Shown: positions 1-9,530, numbered from the stretch's first letter. The stretch is DNA of 64,000 nucleotides from Candidatus Eiseniibacteriota bacterium (GCA_025360715.1 JANYBS010000073.1:3048-67047), one strand, 5' to 3'. Numbers and translations: made by a program. Notes: generated by a model from the sequence alone, not told the origin.

Positions 1-3000
1 AGCATGACCGCGCTCCGAGCGAAAACCACCTTGCAGAGGTCATAGATGGACCTCTCCGGAGATAGTTGAGCCCCATACGTCGAGACCTGATCGGCAAGGA
101 AGCGGGACATGAGCGCGCGCACCTTCGCCTCTTCGAGCCCGATACCTTCGGGCGAGACCTGCTTGTCGTCCCCGACCACGAGCAGCTTCTTTGCACGAAG
201 CAGTGCTGGCAAAGCTGTCAGATCGGACTGAGATGCTTCATCGATGATCACTAGATCAAAGATGCCCAGCTCGGCTGGAAGGGATTCTGAGACGCGGTAG
301 TGCGCCATGATCCAGCAGGGCACGGCCGTGCTCGCCTTGTCGGCCGCAACTTGGGCGTCCTTGCGGTAACGAATCGCTCGTTTGCCAGAGCCGGTCCCTC
401 CACGAAGTTTAAGGATCGCGGTGAGGTAGGCCGCCAGGGCGGCCTTTGTGCTCGGGGAAGCGTTCTCGGCCAAGCGTAGCCATGTGCGCTTCACTACAAC
501 CATCTCGTAGGACTTCGCCAAGTCGCTCGCTGCAACTTCGCGCTTGGCGGAGAACTCACGAAGTTGTTGGGCGCCCTCAATCGAATCGAGATGAGTGGCC
601 AGTCGGCGAAGTCGCCACTTCGACCTCCAAGTGGAGGGCAGCAGGGGGTCAATCGTCCCAAGCATGGGTTTGCGAAGCTCCTCTGCGAGCAGGGGAGCGC
701 CGGAGGCCGAAATGCTCTCAGTAACTTCAGCGACCGTGTTGAGGTGCGTGGAGAGGCCGTGAACACGAGACAGCTCTGCCAAGAGCTCAGACCAGGCAGT
801 CTGCATGTCTGTGTCGAGCAGCTCGGGACTACCAAGCTGCGCGGAAATGAACTGCCTGAGCGACTGGCTTATGGCGCCACGTCTCGAGGTCAGGACATCA
901 AGGCACTTCTCCTTGTTGCTCCAAGTGCTCTCGAGCCTGCGTCTTGTTAGGTGATGATTTAGGTAGGCGGCGAGTGAATCGAGCCCTTTCGTACCGTCCA
1001 GTATTTCGGCGGAGAACTGTACAGACGGAAACAGAGTGGTGGCATCCGCAAGACAAGAGGACTCAAGCTCGACGAGTGTTCGAATTCGCCGCAGAAAGTC
1101 GATTGACCTGATCGCGGCGAGGCCATCGTCGGCGCCTTCGCCAGACAACCGCTGCAAAGGGAGCTCTGAGGCAAGCGCATTCCAACGGATCGATATCGCA
1201 GACAGGGCGGTACGCACACTGAGGTAGCTTTCGACGTGCTCCCACGCTTCAACGTCCTCGGGCACACGTCCCAGTACTCTAATGCTCTTCAGCCGGTTCT
1301 TCTGCTCCGACTTGCCGAGCAAGCCGCTCAGCCCGAACGCGCGCTTGCCCTCGGAAAGGCGCCCTATGGCTTCCGTAAGATCACTGTCGAATTCGGCCCC
1401 TTCGGGGAGGAGTACAGGCCGCGAGAGTAGTGCGGTGTGCCGGGCGCCCACTCGACTTGCTTCCGCCTGAAGTGCGTCAACTTCACCAAGAAGCTGGTCA
1501 AGCCCCCCCGTCCTCAGTTTCGAGCGTACGTCTTGGCGCCAGTCACTCTCACCGGTCAAGAGCTCGGCTCGTTCTGTGCGCAGTTGGCGAGTCCTCTCGG
1601 CGAGTTCATGCGCAAGCGTGAAGACCTCATCATCTCCGCCGGCGAGCACTGGAACGTCGCCCGAAGCAACCTCGCGCTTCAGCCTCTCGTGCTGCGAGAG
1701 ATCCTGATGCACTGACAGCATTGTGCGAGGGTCGGGGAAATCCGCGCCGAGGGGTAGCGAGGCCCCGAGGTATCCGATGTCCACGCCGAGCTCGCGCCTT
1801 GCTTCTCGAAGTCGTGTCACCTCGACATCGCCAAATTGCGGCGAATGTTCGCTACCGACACCGATCAAGTCAGGCAACCAGCCGAGGTAGTCCAGGCTGT
1901 CTACGACTTGTCTCGCGGCCTCCTCCGGCCGAATGGTCTCACCATCGAGCTCGATGTTGGTGAGATTACGAGTTGCCCAATCGGTGACTTGGTGATCGAT
2001 TGCCGATAGCTGGCCATGCAGGCTCTCGATGCGGGCGTCGAGGTCTCGGATGTCCTTCTGCGTTGCAACGCGATCGAGGCTTTGAACCTCGGCGGCGATC
2101 CTGTTTACCGCGTGCTCGAACTGCTGGAGTCCCTGGTGCTCGCTGCTAAGTAGTGAGATCGCGAGTGGGCGGATGTCGGGAGGCAGCTTCTCCTGAACCT
2201 CTTTAAGGGCCGGGTCCTTCATCGATGTGACCAGCACTCGCTTTCCAAGCGCGAGGTAGTGACAGACCACGTTGGCGATTGTGTGCGTTTTCCCGGTGCC
2301 AGGAGGGCCCTGCACTACAACGCCGTCTGACTTCTCGAGCAGCTGGATAATTCGAATCTGCTCGGCATTGTAGGGTTTGGGAAAGTACAACTCCTGTGGG
2401 GTAGAACCCCTCGGACTGCTGGAGTATGCCCCACGAAACGCAGGGAGCTCAGGGTCCGAGGCATCTTCCGAAGGTTCCGTGACCAGTTCCGCCACTGCTG
2501 CGGGGAGGTCACTCGCTTCCTCGGTCCTGGATCGCAGCTTGAGCAGATCCTCAATCAGTATGCTTGCCGTCCGGGGGCGAGCAAACAGCACCCACGTGTC
2601 CGTTACTCGAAGATTCCGCTCGGCCTTCGGAACAGATCTGTCACCCGGTTGAGCATGCTCGGGCCAATACGCGCCGTGGTCGTGCAAGTGCGTGCTGGCG
2701 GAGCGAAGTACTGGCTCAAAGGTGCCTCGGTCGAAAGGCGAGAACGTGGTTGTGGCCGCGCCAAAAAAGGTCTTTGCTGCCTGCTCAAGGTCCCCTACGC
2801 CGGCGCCCTCGAGGTGCGACGCCCATTCCAGCTCCAGGCGCGCGCCGGCTTCGCGCGGCCGGACTTCAAGTCGGGCGGAATCGCGATCGATCGAGATCTC
2901 AACTCTGCGCGTAATGAGAGGGTACATGACTGTTCCTTCGGGCAGCTCCCAACTGGCCACCCCGACACCCCAGACAAGCTCCATTGGCGTGTCACCGACA

Positions 3001-3554
3001 TTTCCCGCTTGCTGCTGTTGGACCTTGAAAAGCTGCGAGTAGAGCTTGATTGCTTCTCTGCGGAGTCGCTCGGCTCGTGCCCACGGCTGCCACTTCGTGT
3101 CAATGTACTGCGTCAACTGACCACGAACCGCTGGAGCATTCAGGAAGCTATTCATAGGGACTGTGGCGTCCGGGGTCACGCTAGGAAGGGCCGAACGACT
3201 TCTGTCCCTAGAAGACCGATGAGTTCCGGCCGCGATCAAGTCTGAGCCAAGGATAGAAACCGACAGCTCTGGCTGCTTGTCGGGTCCAGCGTGGAGCACC
3301 AGCCACGGCCTCAAGACGGGACCGACGTCCTTGGGAGGGCGGGTTTCGTGTAGGCGCTCGACAACAAGCCATCGCTCGTCGGAGTTTGAATCCGCATCTG
3401 CGTTCAGTGCGACGCCCGGGAGGGTTCGGACCTGCGCTTCCCAGAGCACAAAGGCTTGGTACCCAGCGACCGTGAGGGCGGGGCGCGATCGAAGACGCGC
3501 AGAGTGCTGCGCGAAATCGATAATCGAAAGCAGGCGGTCCTTCTCAATGCCCAT
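1..3554 (-). CDS. Large SF1 (Upf1/AAA_11-AAA_12-like) helicase, N-terminal ~1184 aa; C-terminus lies beyond the window start
   Basis: My own minus-strand translation is open from an ATG at 3552-3554 (in-frame stop at 3663-3665 upstream; GGAG about 10 nt before the ATG) down to position 1. Motif Q/I is ...[31 protein letters not shown] encoded near 2290-2400. Walker B and motif III are ...[37 protein letters not shown] encoded near 120-260. The six-frame track does not list it because the stop is off-window. The plus-strand ORFs across 446-3245 are antisense artefacts. Confidence 0.7.
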   Translation of the reverse strand, partial: MGIEKDRLLSIIDFAQHSARLRSRPALTVAGYQAFVLWEAQVRTLPGVALNADADSNSDERWLVVERLHETRPPKDVGPVLRPWLVLHAGPDKQPELSVSILGSDLIAAGTHRSSRDRSRSALPSVTPDATVPMNSFLNAPAVRGQLTQYIDTKWQPWARAERLRREAIKLYSQLFKVQQQQAGNVGDTPMELVWGVGVASWELPEGTVMYPLITRRVEISIDRDSARLEVRPREAGARLELEWASHLEGAGVGDLEQAAKTFFGAATTTFSPFDRGTFEPVLRSASTHLHDHGAYWPEHAQPGDRSVPKAERNLRVTDTWVLFARPRTASILIEDLLKLRSRTEEASDLPAAVAELVTEPSEDASDPELPAFRGAYSSSPRGSTPQELYFPKPYNAEQIRIIQLLEKSDGVVVQGPPGTGKTHTIANVVCHYLALGKRVLVTSMKDPALKEVQEKLPPDIRPLAISLLSSEHQGLQQFEHAVNRIAAEVQSLDRVATQKDIRDLDARIESLHGQLSAIDHQVTDWATRNLTNIELDGETIRPEEAARQVVDSLDYLGWLPDLIGVGSEHSPQFGDVEVTRLREARRELGVDIGYLGASLPLGADFPDPRTMLSVHQDLSQHERLKREVASGDVPVLAGGDDEVFTLAHELAERTRQLRTERAELLTGESDWRQDVRSKLRTGGLDQLLGEVDALQAEASRVGARHTALLSRPVLLPEGAEFDSDLTEAIGRLSEGKRAFGLSGLLGKSEQKNRLKSIRVLGRVPEDVEAWEHVESYLSVRTALSAISIRWNALASELPLQRLSGEGADDGLAAIRSIDFLRRIRTLVELESSCLADATTLFPSVQFSAEILDGTKGLDSLAAYLNHHLTRRRLESTWSNKEKCLDVLTSRRGAISQSLRQFISAQLGSPELLDTDMQTAWSELLAELSRVHGLSTHLNTVAEVTESISASGAPLLAEELRKPMLGTIDPLLPSTWRSKWRLRRLATHLDSIEGAQQLREFSAKREVAASDLAKSYEMVVVKRTWLRLAENASPSTKAALAAYLTAILKLRGGTGSGKRAIRYRKDAQVAADKASTAVPCWIMAHYRVSESLPAELGIFDLVIIDEASQSDLTALPALLRAKKLLVVGDDKQVSPEGIGLEEAKVRALMSRFLADQVSTYGAQLSPERSIYDLCKVVFARSAVM

Positions 3555-3722
3555 TGGGCTTGGCTCCGAAAGCGCCGGTGCTTCGTAGTGTCTTTCCGCC
3601 GGCCGGCAGAGGGCGCAGAGTTGGCAGACGTGAGGGAAGGAAAGCTGTCGAGGCGGGCAAAGTCAAGAAGGCACGCCGGGCCTCCGAATCCTCAGCGCGT
3701 GGTATCCGAATCCAGCCTATAC

Positions 3723-3887
3723 CGCGAGAGCCAAGTTGCCTGCGAATTCCTTCGAGGCACGCGTGCATGCCGCTACGAGCCCGAGATCCAGCGCAGCTAC
3801 GAGGAGCTGGCACGCCACTACGGCACGGTGATCCTGCCCGCGCGCCCGGCGCATCCGCGTGACAAGGCCAAGGTCGAGGTGGAGTAG
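3723..3887 (+). pseudogene. IS21-family transposase IstA fragment (remnant)
   Basis: The tail of ORF 3456..3887 reads ...[40 protein letters not shown]. This matches, from memory, the conserved PRDKAKVE (DDE catalytic-E) region of IS21 IstA. Only about 50 aa are present, with no istB and no N-terminal domains. Confidence 0.4.
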
Positions 3888-4270
3888 CCCCGATTTCGTG
3901 GACGGTTGAGGACTGCGGGGGTTGGCTGCCGCGCCTTGCTGCGATCCTTCGTGAGCAGCGCGAGCGCACGTCGGCATTCGAGCGCGAGGCAGGGCAGGTG
4001 GTCCGCTGGGTCTTCCATCGCAACGGCCACCAGGTTGGCGACTACAGCGACTCGTGGGGCACGGCGTGCAAGAAGGCGGGAGTCCCCGGCCGCCTGGTCC
4101 ATGACCTGCGCAGGACCGCCGTGCGCCGCCTCGAGCGCGCGGGCGTGCCGCGGTCGGTCGCCATGAAGCTGACCGGGCACAAGACCGAGAACGTCTACCG
4201 CCGCTACGCGATCGTGTCGGAGTCCGATCTTGCGCTCGGGGTCGCCAAGGTGGCTGCGCTGGACGGCGCG
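3863..4270 (+). pseudogene. Tyrosine recombinase (phage-type integrase) C-terminal fragment, N-terminally truncated
   Basis: The frame opens right after the stop at 3860-3862, and the track ORF 3998..4492 starts at a GTG. The sequence ...WLPRLAAILREQRE...GRLVHDLRRTAVRRLERAGVPRSVAMKLTGHKTENVYRRYAIVSESDLALGV carries the HxLRHT-like box and the catalytic Tyr region of integrases. The N-terminal ~250 aa of a normal integrase are missing. The ORF tail 4270-4492 shows no integrase similarity and runs into the tRNA. Confidence 0.55.
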
Positions 4271-4435
4271 ACCGCCGCGACTGGCCGGCTTGCAGCGTCC
4301 GGCGAGCCGCGCTCCAACGCGACTAGCACAGTTCTGACACAGTTTGCCGATTCCGAGGCCATAGCCGCGAGCCGTCGCGCGTCGCAACGCTCAGCGATCG
4401 CAAGGAGTTCGGCGATCGAGCCGAGCGGCGGAAAG

Positions 4436-4511
4436 TGGCGTCCCGAACGGGATTCGAACCCGTGTCGCCGCCGTGAAAGGGCAGTGTCCTAGGCCTCTAG
4501 ACGATCGGGAC
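4436..4511 (-). tRNA. tRNA-Glu (anticodon UUC), 76 nt with encoded CCA
   Basis: The reverse complement reads GTCCCGATCGTCTAGAGGCCTAGGACACTGCCCTTTCACGGCGGCGACACGGGTTCGAATCCCGTTCGGGACGCCA. The cloverleaf folds with anticodon loop CTTTCAC and a GGTTCGAATCC T-loop. It is near-identical in pattern to E. coli tRNA-Glu. Confidence 0.9.
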
Positions 4512-4599
4512 GCATAAAGCGACTGCGGGCGGGCACTTTATCTGGCGCGCGCGGCATTCGCAAGTCGCTCGCAGCGTGCGCGCTGCCTGCCGCGCAGCG

Positions 4600-5259
4600 C
4601 TATGCGCCGGCACGCTCGATGCGGGTGTTCAGTTCGAACCGGCATGCGGGCCGCTCGCCGTGCGTGCAGCGCGTGGTCACTTCGGCGCCTACAGCGGCGC
4701 TCACCATGCGGCTTGCAAGTTCGCACGCATCGGCGTGGTCACGCGTCACGTCGCCCAGCGGGCAGTCGTGGCAGCCGATCGTGATTCGGCCGTCGTGGGT
4801 CTCTACTTCTGCGGCGCCGCCTAGCACGGCGAACGCAGCGCGCGCGGCGTCCAAACGTTCTTCCAGCGCCGCGTAGGCAGGGGTTTCCACTGGCAATCGT
4901 GCGGCCACGGCGGCCAAAAAAGCGGTGCGTTCGGCAGCCGAGAAGCGTGCGCGCATCTCTTCGAGGATGGCGCCGATCACCACCGCGTGGCCCTTGGGGA
5001 ACAAGGCTTCTCCGGCGGGGGTCAGTGCATAGATGGCCGAGGGCTTTGCGGCGCTGCGCCGCATCTCGCGCACTTCAGCAAGGCCGTCGCGCTGCAGGGC
5101 TGCAAGGTGCCCGCGCACTGCGTTGCCGGTCAGGCCAAGCGCACCGGCAAGCTCCAGCACGGTGCGCCCGCTGCCCCGCAGCAGCGACAGCAGCGTGGCC
5201 TTCGTACCGCGAAGTGCATTCGTTCGCATAGCTTTGGGCGGACCTTTCGAGCGACTCAT
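4600..5259 (-). CDS. ArsR/winged-helix-type transcriptional regulator with a Cys-rich C-terminal (putative metal/redox-sensing) domain
   Basis: Track ORF of 219 aa. The N-terminal HTH region is LLSLLRGSGRTVLELAGALGLTGNAVRGHLAALQRDGL. The C-terminus carries ...GCHDCPLGDV...C...C...C. It is divergent from the DUF4142 gene. Confidence 0.55.
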   Translation of the reverse strand: MSRSKGPPKAMRTNALRGTKATLLSLLRGSGRTVLELAGALGLTGNAVRGHLAALQRDGLAEVREMRRSAAKPSAIYALTPAGEALFPKGHAVVIGAILEEMRARFSAAERTAFLAAVAARLPVETPAYAALEERLDAARAAFAVLGGAAEVETHDGRITIGCHDCPLGDVTRDHADACELASRMVSAAVGAEVTTRCTHGERPACRFELNTRIERAGA

Positions 5260-5280
5260 GAGCGGCAGTTTGGCACATGC

Positions 5281-5335
5281 ATCAGCTTAAAAACAAGTAA
5301 AACAAGAAAAACATTGATTTACATCTCTAACCATG
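5281..5335. promoter_or_regulatory. AT-rich divergent promoter region between the regulator and the DUF4142-cupredoxin operon
   Basis: cagcttaaaaacaagtaaaacaagaaaaacattgatttacatctctaaccatgc is a striking AT island in a ~70% GC background. It contains TTGATT/TTTACA -35-like hexamers. Confidence 0.35.
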
Positions 5336-5418
5336 CGACACTCGCGATCGCGACGGGGCAGGGGACGCCCACCCATCGCGATCCCCTTGTCGTCCGCTCT
5401 TCTCGTTTGGAGGCTCAC

Positions 5419-5985
5419 ATGTCGCGCTTCTTCCTTCGTTCTCTGCCCGCTGCAATGCCCGCCCTCGCTGCCCTCGCTGCGCTCAGCCTCGTGTTGGCCG
5501 GCCCGCTGCATGCCGCTCCCGCCGCTGCGTCTGCGCTCAGCGATGCCAATATCGCTGCCATCGTGCTTGCGGCGAACACGATCGACATCCACAACGGCGA
5601 ACTGGCCACCAAGCGGTCGCACACGAAAACGGTGCTCGAGTTCGCGCATCGCATGACCACCGACCACGCCTCGGTCAACGCCAAGGCCGTGGCGCTGGCG
5701 ACCAAGCTTTCGCTCACGCCGGTCCCCAACGCGGCGAGCCGCAGTCTTGTGCAAAGCACCGATGCGACACGCGCCAAGATGAGCCGCTTGCGCGGCAGGG
5801 CGTTCGATCGCGCGTACATCGACAACGAGGTCGCCTACCATCAGGCGGTGCTCGATCTACTCGATCACACCATCGTGCCCGCGGTGGAGAATGCCGAGCT
5901 CAAGGACCTGCTGGTCAGTGTGCATCCGGCGTTCGTCGCGCACCTCGAGCACGCGAAGATGGTGCAGGCGGAACTCGCCAAGTGA
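5419..5985 (+). CDS. Secreted DUF4142-family protein
   Basis: ATG at 5419 with GGAGG 6 nt upstream. The signal peptide is MSRFFLRSLPAAMPALAALAALSLVLAGPLHA. The body shows a DUF4142-like pattern (...EFAHRMTTDHASVN...FDRAYIDNEVAYHQAVLDLL...). The track ORF 4987.. is an N-terminal over-extension. Confidence 0.6.
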   Translation: MSRFFLRSLPAAMPALAALAALSLVLAGPLHAAPAAASALSDANIAAIVLAANTIDIHNGELATKRSHTKTVLEFAHRMTTDHASVNAKAVALATKLSLTPVPNAASRSLVQSTDATRAKMSRLRGRAFDRAYIDNEVAYHQAVLDLLDHTIVPAVENAELKDLLVSVHPAFVAHLEHAKMVQAELAK

Positions 5986-6341
5986 ACTCCCGCGCGACGT
6001 GGCTGGTTTGCTGCGCCGCGATCGCGGTGATGCCGCTTGCCCAAGGATGCGCGCCGACGCCGGCGCGTGTCCCCCCGCGGCGCGCACCGCAACGGCACGA
6101 CATCGAGATCCGCGCCATGCGCTTCGTGCCCGATTCGGTGCAGGTGGCGCCTGGCGATACCGTGTGCTGGCGCAATCACGACCTGGTGCCGCACACGGCG
6201 TCGGCGGATTCTGGTGCGTTCGACTCGGGAGTCATCGCGCCGGATTCCGCGTTCACCTGGGTGGTCATGGTGCGTATGCCTTCGGGCTATGCGTGCCGCC
6301 TTCACCCCACTATGCATGCGCGCTGTGAGGTCGCTCCATGA
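5982..6341 (+). CDS. Cupredoxin-like (plastocyanin/amicyanin-type) copper-binding lipoprotein
   Basis: Lipobox MPLAQGCAP. Type-1 Cu ligand pattern His (VPHTAS) ... C-x2-H-x2-M (YACRLHPTMH). It overlaps the upstream stop by 4 nt. Confidence 0.6.
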   Translation: MNSRATWLVCCAAIAVMPLAQGCAPTPARVPPRRAPQRHDIEIRAMRFVPDSVQVAPGDTVCWRNHDLVPHTASADSGAFDSGVIAPDSAFTWVVMVRMPSGYACRLHPTMHARCEVAP

Positions 6342-6934
6342 AGGCCACCGCGGTCACCCTGCTGCCCAGCCGCTTCGGCGATTTTCTCGCACACGCGTAT
6401 CCGGGCGATCATCTTGCGCTGGTCTGCGGCGACGTCGAGGCCGCAGGCCCCGTACTCGTGCGCCTGCATTCGGAGTGCCTCACGGGCGATACGCTGGGTT
6501 CGTTGCGCTGCGACTGCGGCGAGCAGCGCGATGCTGCGTTGCAACGCATCGCGCATGCGCGCCGTGGCGTGTTCCTGTATCTGCGGCAAGAGGGGCGGGG
6601 CATCGGTCTCGAGAACAAGATCCGCGCCTATGCGCTCCAGGACGCTGGCTTCGACACTTTCGCGGCCAATCGCATGCTCGGTTTTCGCGACGACGAGCGC
6701 GATTTCGGCATCGCTGCGGCGATGCTGCTGGGCCTTGGCGTGCGGCGCGTGCGGTTGCTCACCAATAATCCCGACAAAGTGGCGGTGTTGTGCGCTCATG
6801 GCATCGACGTGGTGGCGCGCGAAAGCCTGGTGATGGTCGCCAATCCTCACAACGCCCGCTACCTCGAGGCGAAGCGCGCTCTGGCCGGCCACGCGCTGGG
6901 GGCGCCAGAGTCTAGCGCGCCGGGCTCTTGCTGA
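6338..6934 (+). CDS. ribA: GTP cyclohydrolase II
   Basis: 198 aa. Contains LVRLHSECLTGDTLGSLRCDCG (Zn-binding Cys cluster) and RQEGRGIGLENKIRAYALQD, which are characteristic of RibA. Confidence 0.85.
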   Translation: MKATAVTLLPSRFGDFLAHAYPGDHLALVCGDVEAAGPVLVRLHSECLTGDTLGSLRCDCGEQRDAALQRIAHARRGVFLYLRQEGRGIGLENKIRAYALQDAGFDTFAANRMLGFRDDERDFGIAAAMLLGLGVRRVRLLTNNPDKVAVLCAHGIDVVARESLVMVANPHNARYLEAKRALAGHALGAPESSAPGSC

Positions 6935-8819
6935 GCAGCAGCACGCGACCTTCCTTGATCAGGTTGCGGCGCATCAGGTCGGTCGCGGCGGCTTCGGCGC
7001 TCGCTTCGTCGGTGTAATTGCCGATCACGATCCGGTACATGGTCGTGGAACCGTCCTTGTACGCGACCACGCGGCCCGTCTCCTCGGTCGCGTCGCTCAA
7101 GCGGGCGCGTTCGGTGTCTGCGCGGTCTTGGTCCAGGAACGCGCCCACGGCGATGCCGTACACGCGCAACTCCGCGGGCTTCGCGGGCACGGGCGTCGTG
7201 GCGGGCTTCGCGGCCGCGGCCGCAAGCGTGTCCTTCTTGGGTGTCGTCGTTGCGGCGGTGCTCGCCCGCGTCATCGCCTGCGTGCTATCGCTCGCCGCCG
7301 GCGCAGGCGTCATCGCGGCCTTCGGCGCCGGCACCATCGCCTGACCCGGCGCGGGCAGCGTGCTGCTCGCGCTCGCACCACCGACACCGCGCAGCGGCGG
7401 TAAGTCGATCACGCCAAAGCGCTGCGCCAGTACCAGGCCGATCGCGATGGCGGCAACAAGTGCGACCGCCATGATCACCGGTAGCGGCGAGCGCTTCTCG
7501 GCGTCATCGCGCGCGATGTCGGCTTCGATCTTCTCGCGCAGGCGCGGCGGCAGGTGGCTCAGGTCGGCACGCTCGGGATCTGCGGTCTGGCTGCGGTCGA
7601 GCAACTCCTGCGTGCCCGGAAAGCGCGGCACCATGTCCGACACGGGTTCCTCGGGCTCGATCGACAGCGGCGCGGCGGGCGTCACCGACGACTGGGCCAC
7701 CTCGCGCTTGCGCGCCTCCAACAAGTCGCGCGCGGCGACGGTCCAGGCGTCGACCTCGGTGCGCTCGATCACATCGACGGGCGGCGTCACTGAAACGGAC
7801 TTGGGCGCAGCGGCTGGCGGTGGCGGCGCTTGTGCAGGCGCGGTCACTCGCGGCTCGCTCTCGCGCATGAACTCGGGCGGTGTCCACACAGGCGCGGGCG
7901 CTTCGGGCTCGCGGCGCACCGCCGCCAGCGGGGCCGAATGCTCCAACGCCGGCGGTGTCATATCCTCTTCCTCTGGCAACTTCGCTTGCTCGCCGCCACC
8001 GAGCACGCTGCGGAACTCGGCCTCACGCGCGACCGATTGCACGTGCTCGGGCCGCACAGTGGTCACGCCCTCGGCGTACGCGGTGAGCAGCGCGTGCGAC
8101 GCCACGGTGTTGATCTCGCGCGGGATGCCATGCGTGAGCCGATACACCTCGCGGCACGCATCGGGCGGGAACGTGGACCATGCATTGCCGCCCGCCACCG
8201 AGATGCGATGGTGGATGTAGCCCGCGGTCTCCTCGGGCGAAAGCGGGTTCAGTCGGTAATGCACGGTGATGCGCTGGCGCAGCTGGCGCAGGTCGGGGCG
8301 CGCGAGTTTGGCTTCCAACTCCGGCTGGCCCACGAGGAATATCTGCACCAGCTTCTCGCCAGTGGGAGTCTCCAGGTTCGACAGCAACCGGATCTCTTCC
8401 AAGAGCCCCGGCTCCAGGTTCTGCGCCTCGTCCAGCAGCAGCACGGCGTACTCGCCGCGCGCGCGCACAGTGCTCAGGTGGCGCTCGAGCAGTGCGAGCA
8501 TCTTGGGCTTGCTCGAGCCTTCGGGCAGCGCCACGCCAAAGCGCAGGCAGATTTCTTCGAGCAGCTCTGCGCGCGTGAGCGCCGAGTTCGTGATGAGCGC
8601 CACGCTCACCTGCGCGCCCCATTCGGCGAGCGCGTCATACAACGCTGTGGTCTTGCCGGTGCCGACCTCGCCAGTGATCAGTACGAAGGGCTCGCGGTTC
8701 TCGATGCCATAGCGCAGATGCGCGCGGGCCTCCTGGTGCTCACGGCTCGGGTAGAGGAACCGGAGCTGGTGACCACCGGGAAAAGGATTCTCGCGCAGTC
8801 CGAAGTGAGGTTCGTACAT
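6912..8819 (-). CDS. ExeA/GspA-like AAA ATPase fused to a low-complexity Pro/Ala-rich linker, a TM segment and a C-terminal SPOR (peptidoglycan-binding) domain
   Basis: N-terminus MYEPHFGLRENPF...FVLITGEVGTGKTTAL...LLLDEAQNL (AAA_22/ExeA). TM segment PVIMAVALVAAIAIGLVL. C-terminus YGIAVGAFLDQDRADTERARL...YRIVIGNYTDEASAEAAATDL is SPOR-like. Confidence 0.7.
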   Translation of the reverse strand: MYEPHFGLRENPFPGGHQLRFLYPSREHQEARAHLRYGIENREPFVLITGEVGTGKTTALYDALAEWGAQVSVALITNSALTRAELLEEICLRFGVALPEGSSKPKMLALLERHLSTVRARGEYAVLLLDEAQNLEPGLLEEIRLLSNLETPTGEKLVQIFLVGQPELEAKLARPDLRQLRQRITVHYRLNPLSPEETAGYIHHRISVAGGNAWSTFPPDACREVYRLTHGIPREINTVASHALLTAYAEGVTTVRPEHVQSVAREAEFRSVLGGGEQAKLPEEEDMTPPALEHSAPLAAVRREPEAPAPVWTPPEFMRESEPRVTAPAQAPPPPAAAPKSVSVTPPVDVIERTEVDAWTVAARDLLEARKREVAQSSVTPAAPLSIEPEEPVSDMVPRFPGTQELLDRSQTADPERADLSHLPPRLREKIEADIARDDAEKRSPLPVIMAVALVAAIAIGLVLAQRFGVIDLPPLRGVGGASASSTLPAPGQAMVPAPKAAMTPAPAASDSTQAMTRASTAATTTPKKDTLAAAAAKPATTPVPAKPAELRVYGIAVGAFLDQDRADTERARLSDATEETGRVVAYKDGSTTMYRIVIGNYTDEASAEAAATDLMRRNLIKEGRVLLLSKSPAR

Positions 8820-8975
8820 CGGCGTCTTCCGTGGGTCCGGGAAACTACGAAGGCGTGGGGCCGGAATGGTTATCGGCGCCGGGCGGGGCGCGCTTGCGCG
8901 TCACATTTTCGCGGCGATCTCAGCCCGGGAAAGCAGCGGGACACACGCCCTGGGCCTGCGTCCCGCGCGATGGCC

Positions 8976-9530
8976 TCACTTCTCGGCGGGGAGCAACTCG
9001 TTGATCGTGAAAAGGGACGTATACGGATAGCCGCGCTGCTGGAAGATCTGCGGCGCACCCTGACTGCGGTCAACGACCGCCAGCACGCGCACGACCTCGG
9101 CCTTGTACGACTCGGCGGCCTCGGCGGCGATCAACGCGCTCTCGCCGCTGGTGATCACGTCGTCCAGGATGGCGATGCGCTTGTGGCCGGCAAGGTTGCC
9201 CTCGACCTGGCCGCGCATGCCGTGATCCTTGGCGCTCTTGCGCACCAGAAAGCCCTCGAGCGGCTTGCCCTGCTCGAGGCTGTACCACATGAGCCCGGCC
9301 ACCAGAGGATCGGCGCCAAGGGTAAGCCCGCCGATAGCGGTCACCTCGTCGGCCAGTAGCTGCTCCCAGAACAGGTGGGTGATCAGGCGGAGCCCTTCGG
9401 GGTGCAGGCTCGTCTTGCGCACATCGATGTAGTAGTTCGAGGTGGCGCCGGAACTAAGCACGAATTCGCCGAAGCGCATGGAACGCTCGAGGATGATCTG
9501 GCGCAGGCGGTCACGATCGGTCGTGGACAT
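8976..9530 (-). CDS. pyrE: Orotate phosphoribosyltransferase
   Basis: From the internal ATG at 9530 (MSTTDRDRLRQIILERS...). The PRPP-binding motif is RIAILDDVITSGESAL. The track ORF 8976..9668 is over-extended upstream. Confidence 0.85.
   Translation of the reverse strand: MSTTDRDRLRQIILERSMRFGEFVLSSGATSNYYIDVRKTSLHPEGLRLITHLFWEQLLADEVTAIGGLTLGADPLVAGLMWYSLEQGKPLEGFLVRKSAKDHGMRGQVEGNLAGHKRIAILDDVITSGESALIAAEAAESYKAEVVRVLAVVDRSQGAPQIFQQRGYPYTSLFTINELLPAEK

Noticed and set aside
446-3245. Numerous plus-strand ORFs (e.g. 564..950, 2649..3245, 2692..3042) across the first 3.5 kb
   Set aside because: They are antisense to a continuous minus-strand reading frame that carries helicase motifs I, II and III. 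They have Arg/Ser-rich low-complexity composition and no motifs.
4270-4492. Tail of the integrase-frame ORF running into the tRNA gene
   Set aside because: There is no integrase similarity beyond ~4260. The ORF is open only by chance and overlaps tRNA-Glu on the opposite strand.
8819-8976. Possible hairpin (GCGCG-CTT-GCGCG) downstream of pyrE
   Set aside because: The stem is short and imperfect and there is no U-tract. It cannot be distinguished from background GC palindromes.
7830-9359. 509-aa plus-strand ORF overlapping the ExeA-like and pyrE genes
   Set aside because: It is antisense to two well-supported minus-strand genes (AAA_22 Walker A; PRPP-binding motif).
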